Positions 59,898 through 64,000 of a stretch of 64,000 bases of DNA are shown here, piece after piece (position 1 is the stretch's first letter; each line of letters begins with the position of its first letter). The stretch is from Pedobacter sp. (lineage in GTDB: Bacteria; Desulfobacterota; Desulfuromonadia; Desulfuromonadales; Syntrophotaleaceae). The notes under the pieces are model-generated. The model did no database searches. It was given only the letters and a program-made list of their open reading frames with translations, and was not told where the DNA came from. Location: contig JBFWJC010000001.1 of assembly GCA_050253415.1 (NCBI GenBank), forward strand, positions 904,679 through 968,678. Reading direction: 5' to 3'. The translations under genes and the position numbers were made by a program.

Positions 59898-60359
59898 TTG
59901 AACGTGGAAAATCTGACAGAGGAAAAGGTTTGCCACCTGGCTATGAGCCCCCTGTACGTACTGTATCTGGTGGCCTCGGAGTACCTGGCTCCAGAGAAGA
60001 TAACCCAGCGCCATATCGTGCGTGCCATGGAATATGGGCTTGCCGGGCACACACCTTTCAGTGAGGCGATTTTTGAGCTGCTCCGTTCCAATTTGCATGA
60101 ATTTTATGCAGAGTTGTCCGCTGAGAGCAGTGATGAATTTCAGGAGAAGTTACGTGCGGAACTGTCGTCAGTGACCCAAATCCTGGGGCAGCTGTCCGGA
60201 CCTCAGGCGATGATTGAAGATTTTAAGACGGCCCTTAAAAATCTTGCTGTCTTCGTAGCCGGGGGCGGAGTTTTTCGCAAGGATATCCAGAACGCGGGGA
60301 TGCAGGCCCGGGCCGCGTGGATTTCAGCGTTGCTGGATGGTGCATGTCCGAGCATGTAG
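59898..60359 (+). CDS. Hypothetical protein
   Basis: Helical ORF filling the gap between trmJ and the convergent hydrolase; start uncertain. Confidence 0.6.
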   Translation: MNVENLTEEKVCHLAMSPLYVLYLVASEYLAPEKITQRHIVRAMEYGLAGHTPFSEAIFELLRSNLHEFYAELSAESSDEFQEKLRAELSSVTQILGQLSGPQAMIEDFKTALKNLAVFVAGGGVFRKDIQNAGMQARAAWISALLDGACPSM

Positions 60360-60371
60360 CCATCCGACTTT

Positions 60372-61160
60372 TCAGACTTCGACTTGTTGATAGGTGGATG
60401 CAGCCAGGTTTGCGGCGGCAAGATCCCAGTCGATGATCACAATGGTGGAGTCGGGCGAGCTGAAGGATATCAGTCGCTGGCCGTCTTTGACGACCACTGT
60501 TTGCGCTTCGGCAAAGTCGAGGGTGTGGTCGGCACCCGAACGATTGCAGACCAGCAGGGGCAATCCGGTATCCAGAGTACAACGCTCCCACTCACCATTG
60601 GGGCCGTGGAAACCGGGCGCCCAGGAGGCACTGGAAACGAGCATTTTAGCGCCTTGTTGCTTAAGTGCGATGGCGATTCCAGGGGAAAAGGCATCGCCGC
60701 AGATCATGACCCCCACATTACCGACAGGCGGGACCAGGATAGGCGTGGCCTGTGCGCCGGGGCTGGACCAGGCTTCAGATCCCACGCGCAATGCATTGAT
60801 TTTGCGATGTCGGCCGATGATCATGCCGTTGGCGATGACGAATACCGAATTAAACAGATGTCCGGAATGTTTGTCACGCTCCGGGTGGGCGAGGAAAACC
60901 GTGACCTGCAGTTCGGCAACCTGTTGGCAGAAGGTTGTCATCCATGAATCCGGTTGCGGAGCGATCCAGTCGGTGCCGATACGATCGGCGAAACTATAGC
61001 CGCAGACGCAGAGTTCCGGGGTGATAATCCATTGTGCACCAAGACGTGCCGCCTTGTTGACGGCCTGGATCAGCAGGTTGCGATTCCCTTCAACATCGCC
61101 CGGCACGGGCGCAAGGTGCAAAAAGGCTATTTGTAGGATGCCGGGCCGGACTGTTTTCAT
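60372..61160 (-). CDS. Carbon-nitrogen hydrolase (nitrilase superfamily)
   Basis: Catalytic triad TPEL..GY, HRK, MICGD. Confidence 0.92.
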   Translation of the reverse strand: MKTVRPGILQIAFLHLAPVPGDVEGNRNLLIQAVNKAARLGAQWIITPELCVCGYSFADRIGTDWIAPQPDSWMTTFCQQVAELQVTVFLAHPERDKHSGHLFNSVFVIANGMIIGRHRKINALRVGSEAWSSPGAQATPILVPPVGNVGVMICGDAFSPGIAIALKQQGAKMLVSSASWAPGFHGPNGEWERCTLDTGLPLLVCNRSGADHTLDFAEAQTVVVKDGQRLISFSSPDSTIVIIDWDLAAANLAASTYQQVEV

Positions 61161-61361
61161 AGCAGATGAATTCCTTCTTTTGAACGTGTGAGTCTGGTTA
61201 AGGCGTTTTCCCTGGCATGTTGCAGCATTCACTCCCGTGCAAATGTCCTTGTCGCTGTTCCCGCCTGAATGACATAAATCCTCCGCATCAAAATTCCGGA
61301 TATGATAAAATGCAAGTATGAGTATAAATCGAAGGTCGCATGGCTGGAAAGGATATATACC

Positions 61362-61586
61362 ATGAGAAAAATTTATGAATGCGAAAAATGCGGAGTGGTG
61401 ACCAGTGAACGTGACCATCTCTGTGTCCCCAGATCTGTGGACACGATGGACAGTTATTGTGGCTCCACCGGCAACATTTCAAATATGTGTGACAGTATTC
61501 GGGAAAAAGCGGAATACACCTGCGTGACTTGTGGACGGACGGCGGAGAAGGCCGATCTGGTTTGCGATACGGTGAAATTGCACTAA
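61362..61586 (+). CDS. Small Cys-rich protein with duplicated zinc-ribbon-like repeat
   Basis: YECEKCG..HLC.P and YTCVTCG..LVC; AAGGA RBS. Confidence 0.75.
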   Translation: MRKIYECEKCGVVTSERDHLCVPRSVDTMDSYCGSTGNISNMCDSIREKAEYTCVTCGRTAEKADLVCDTVKLH

Positions 61587-61629
61587 ACATAGGTTGAAAA
61601 GCTTACAAATCTATTGATGTAAAGATCGT

Positions 61630-61661
61630 AAAAGGGGTCTGGCACAAGCCGGGCCCCTTTT
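61630..61661. terminator. Bidirectional intrinsic terminator
   Basis: AAAAGGGGTCTGGC-ACAA-GCCGGGCCCCTTTT. Confidence 0.75.
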
Positions 61662-61683
61662 ATGTTTAGCCGATGATCTTAAT

Positions 61684-61908
61684 TCAATAAGGTGAGAAAG
61701 CGATATCATCCTCTTCGTGAAGTTCGGTATCCAGTTCGCATTCCTTGTAGTTGATAAAAACCAGCTTTATTTTATCGGGGTTAAGCTGCAACCTTGTTGC
61801 AAGTTCCCCTGCGGTGGTCCCAGTTGGTACGTCATGCAGGGTGCTATCGTGGTAGTTGCAGACGTTTTCTTTGGATAGATTGAGCAGACATTTGACGTGT
61901 ACGTTCAT
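61684..61908 (-). CDS. MoaD/ThiS-like beta-grasp protein lacking C-terminal Gly-Gly
   Basis: GTT..EL..L.L....IKLVFIN....LDTELHEEDDIAFSP then Y-stop. Confidence 0.7.
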   Translation of the reverse strand: MNVHVKCLLNLSKENVCNYHDSTLHDVPTGTTAGELATRLQLNPDKIKLVFINYKECELDTELHEEDDIAFSPY

Positions 61909-62245
61909 AAGGCCGCACACCCCCTTTCGCGAGTCTATACGGTTAGTTTACCATCTGTGTCCGGTTGGGTGCAAAGCACGTTCAACAATGGTGGTGGCGC
62001 AATTGTGGTTGCAAAAAGGGGGACTATCCTCCGATGTGAGGAGACCTGTCCATCTGTTCGTGGTGTGTCTTGCCTGTTCCATGGCAGCTGTTTGATTTAT
62101 GCAATGAACCGCCACTTTGGCTCAAAAACTATTTTTTTAGGCATTGTTATTGCTGTATCTGCTCATTAAGACGATTTTTTTTGAATCCGTTGGGTTGTCG
62201 GCAATAGACAGCGTGGCGCCTGTTTTTCTAATAATGTAGGGGGAA

Positions 62246-63499
62246 GTGGTGAAAAAAGTTCTGGTTGCTGAGGATTCCGGTTTTTTTGGACGCATGTTGA
62301 AGAAAAAACTGGAAGCGGAAACGGGCGCTCAGGTCTGTTGGGCGCAAACGATGGAAGAAGCCGGTCAATTCGTTGACCAGGGGTTGGATGGATTTTGTGC
62401 CGCTATCGTCAACTTCAATCTTCCGGATGCTCCTGGCGGCGAAATTGTCACCATGCTGGGTGAACGGAATATTCCGGTCATTGTCTTTACCAGCGTGGTC
62501 AATAAGCAGATTCGCGATCGTATCTGGGAAAAGAAGGTCGTCGATTATGTGTACAAGGAAGGTGCCCAGAGTCTCGATTATCTGGCCTCGTTGCTCCTGA
62601 GGCTCGAACGCAACCGCAAGATCAAGGTCATGATTGTGGACGACTCCCCCATGCAACGAGAGGTTATGGCGGATTTGCTGCGTGTGCATCGCTACCAGGT
62701 GCTGGAAGCGTCCGATGGCAAAGAGGCGTTGGACTTGCTGTCGCAGCATCCGGAAGTAAAACTGGTGGTCAGTGATTTTCATATGCCCCACATGGACGGG
62801 TTTGAGCTGACCCAGAACATCCGCAAAACCCATTCCCGGCAGGATATGGCCATTATCGGGATTTCGGCGCTGGGCGATAATGTTATGGCCGCACGCTTCC
62901 TCAAGTGCGGTGCCAACGATTTTATTATCAAGCAGCACTTTCTGACCGAGGAGTTTTATTGCCGCGTGACCCAGAGTATCGAAAACCTGGAAAATATTCA
63001 GGCCATTCAAAAGGCGGCAATTACCGACTTTCTCACCGGGGTTTCCAATCGGCGGTTTTTGATCGACCATGGAGAGCGTGTTTACCAGCAAATGCTTGGC
63101 AGTTGCACTTCCCTGTGTTGCGCCATGCTCGATATCGATCATTTTAAAAAGGTGAACGATACCTTCGGTCACCACGCCGGAGATATGACCCTCAAACGGG
63201 TAGCGGACCTGCTGCGGGAGTATCTGCCGGAATCGGGTATCCTGGCGCGTATCGGCGGCGAAGAGTTTTGCGCCCTGGTGCCGGGCTCCAGGGAGGAGAT
63301 CGTCGCGTTATTTGAGGAAATTCGTAGCGCAATTGCCGAGCTGCCGGTTTCGCTGGCACCGGGCAGCGAAACCTTCCATATTACTGTCAGTACCGGTATC
63401 TGCTCCGAGCCCGGCCGTAATCTTCTCGATATGCTGAGCAGGGCAGACGCTTATCTCTATCAGGCCAAAAAAGAAGGTCGCGACCGGGTCGTTTTCTGA
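62246..63499 (+). CDS. Response regulator-type diguanylate cyclase (REC-REC-GGDEF)
   Basis: Two receiver domains; DFLTGVSNRR, DIDHFKKVNDTFGHHAGD, RIGGEEF. Confidence 0.94.
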   Translation: MVKKVLVAEDSGFFGRMLKKKLEAETGAQVCWAQTMEEAGQFVDQGLDGFCAAIVNFNLPDAPGGEIVTMLGERNIPVIVFTSVVNKQIRDRIWEKKVVDYVYKEGAQSLDYLASLLLRLERNRKIKVMIVDDSPMQREVMADLLRVHRYQVLEASDGKEALDLLSQHPEVKLVVSDFHMPHMDGFELTQNIRKTHSRQDMAIIGISALGDNVMAARFLKCGANDFIIKQHFLTEEFYCRVTQSIENLENIQAIQKAAITDFLTGVSNRRFLIDHGERVYQQMLGSCTSLCCAMLDIDHFKKVNDTFGHHAGDMTLKRVADLLREYLPESGILARIGGEEFCALVPGSREEIVALFEEIRSAIAELPVSLAPGSETFHITVSTGICSEPGRNLLDMLSRADAYLYQAKKEGRDRVVF

Positions 63500-63678
63500 T
63501 TGCCAACGCACCAGCCTGGCGTACCAAGCCAAACGGAGGGTGGTAAGCGTTTTTGACCCCCGCGTTTTCCTTTTCATGGGAGTTGCCATCCTTGCGTATT
63601 GCGCAAGGATGGTTAGTCTTTATGAGACTGTATGCAAACTGCCGGCGGAATCGCCGGCCTTGAAAAGGAGATGGTTGC

Positions 63679-64000
63679 ATGGTGCGGCTTAAAAACCTGT
63701 TGATCGGCGGCGTTTGTGTCCTGGGCGTTGTTTTTTTCATGCAGAACGCTCATGCGGGATTTCAGGATTTCTTCAAGGGCGTGCAGGATGTTTTTACCGG
63801 TAGCGCCTCGTTAACCGATGGCGATATAGCTGCCGGCCTCAAGGAGGCCTTGCAGATCGGGACCGGAAATGCCGTGGCCAATGTCGGCAAGGTGGGAGGC
63901 TATCTGGACAACCCGCAGATTCGTATTCCGCTGCCGGGGCCGTTGGAAAAGTCCGAGAATTTACTGCGTCTCGCCGGATACGGGTCGCAGGTTGATGCTT
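63679..64000 (+). CDS. DUF4197-family exported protein (3' end outside window)
   Basis: Hand translation MVRLKNLLIGGVCVLG..AHA..LTDGDIAAGLKEALQIG..GGYLDNPQIRIPLP; AAGGAG RBS. Confidence 0.85.
   Translation, partial: MVRLKNLLIGGVCVLGVVFFMQNAHAGFQDFFKGVQDVFTGSASLTDGDIAAGLKEALQIGTGNAVANVGKVGGYLDNPQIRIPLPGPLEKSENLLRLAGYGSQVDA

Noticed and set aside
61666..61686. Selenocysteine read-through of TGA in the ThiS-like gene
   Set aside because: Read-through gives IKIIG-stop, which restores no GG motif; no convincing SECIS seen
20071..63499. Canonical Hypr GGDEF (cGAMP synthase) in the window
   Set aside because: None of the four GGDEF domains has Ser/Thr at the specificity position (Asp, Asn, Asp, Asp)

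Overview
64 kb of GC-rich bacterial chromosome whose gene content (multiheme cytochromes c, dCache chemoreceptors, CheX, SatP/AckA, GEMM-I riboswitches) suggests a Desulfuromonadia member (Pelobacter/Syntrophotalea/Geobacter-like; inference). I found no rRNA, tRNA, CRISPR array or transposase. About 50 CDSs are supported, including a >1,680-aa alpha-2-macroglobulin missed by the ORF track because it runs off the left edge, and a DUF4197 gene running off the right edge. The most striking feature is a cyclic-dinucleotide circuit. Three GEMM-I riboswitches, each with A at the Vc2 position-20 specificity site (3',3'-cGAMP type) and a downstream intrinsic terminator, control cheW, an MCP, and a TonB-receptor / YfiR-like / HAMP-GGDEF-EAL operon. 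Four GGDEF proteins are present, three with non-canonical motifs. Other candidates are an isoprenoid-synthase-fold + SAM-methyltransferase + exported-protein operon, a LemA + GIDE/EF-hand pair, a FolE2 pseudo-enzyme, an EfpL-type EF-P paralogue, an octaheme/hexaheme cytochrome pair and a sigma54-driven Cys-rich microprotein. All calls come from reading motifs by eye; no database searches were run.
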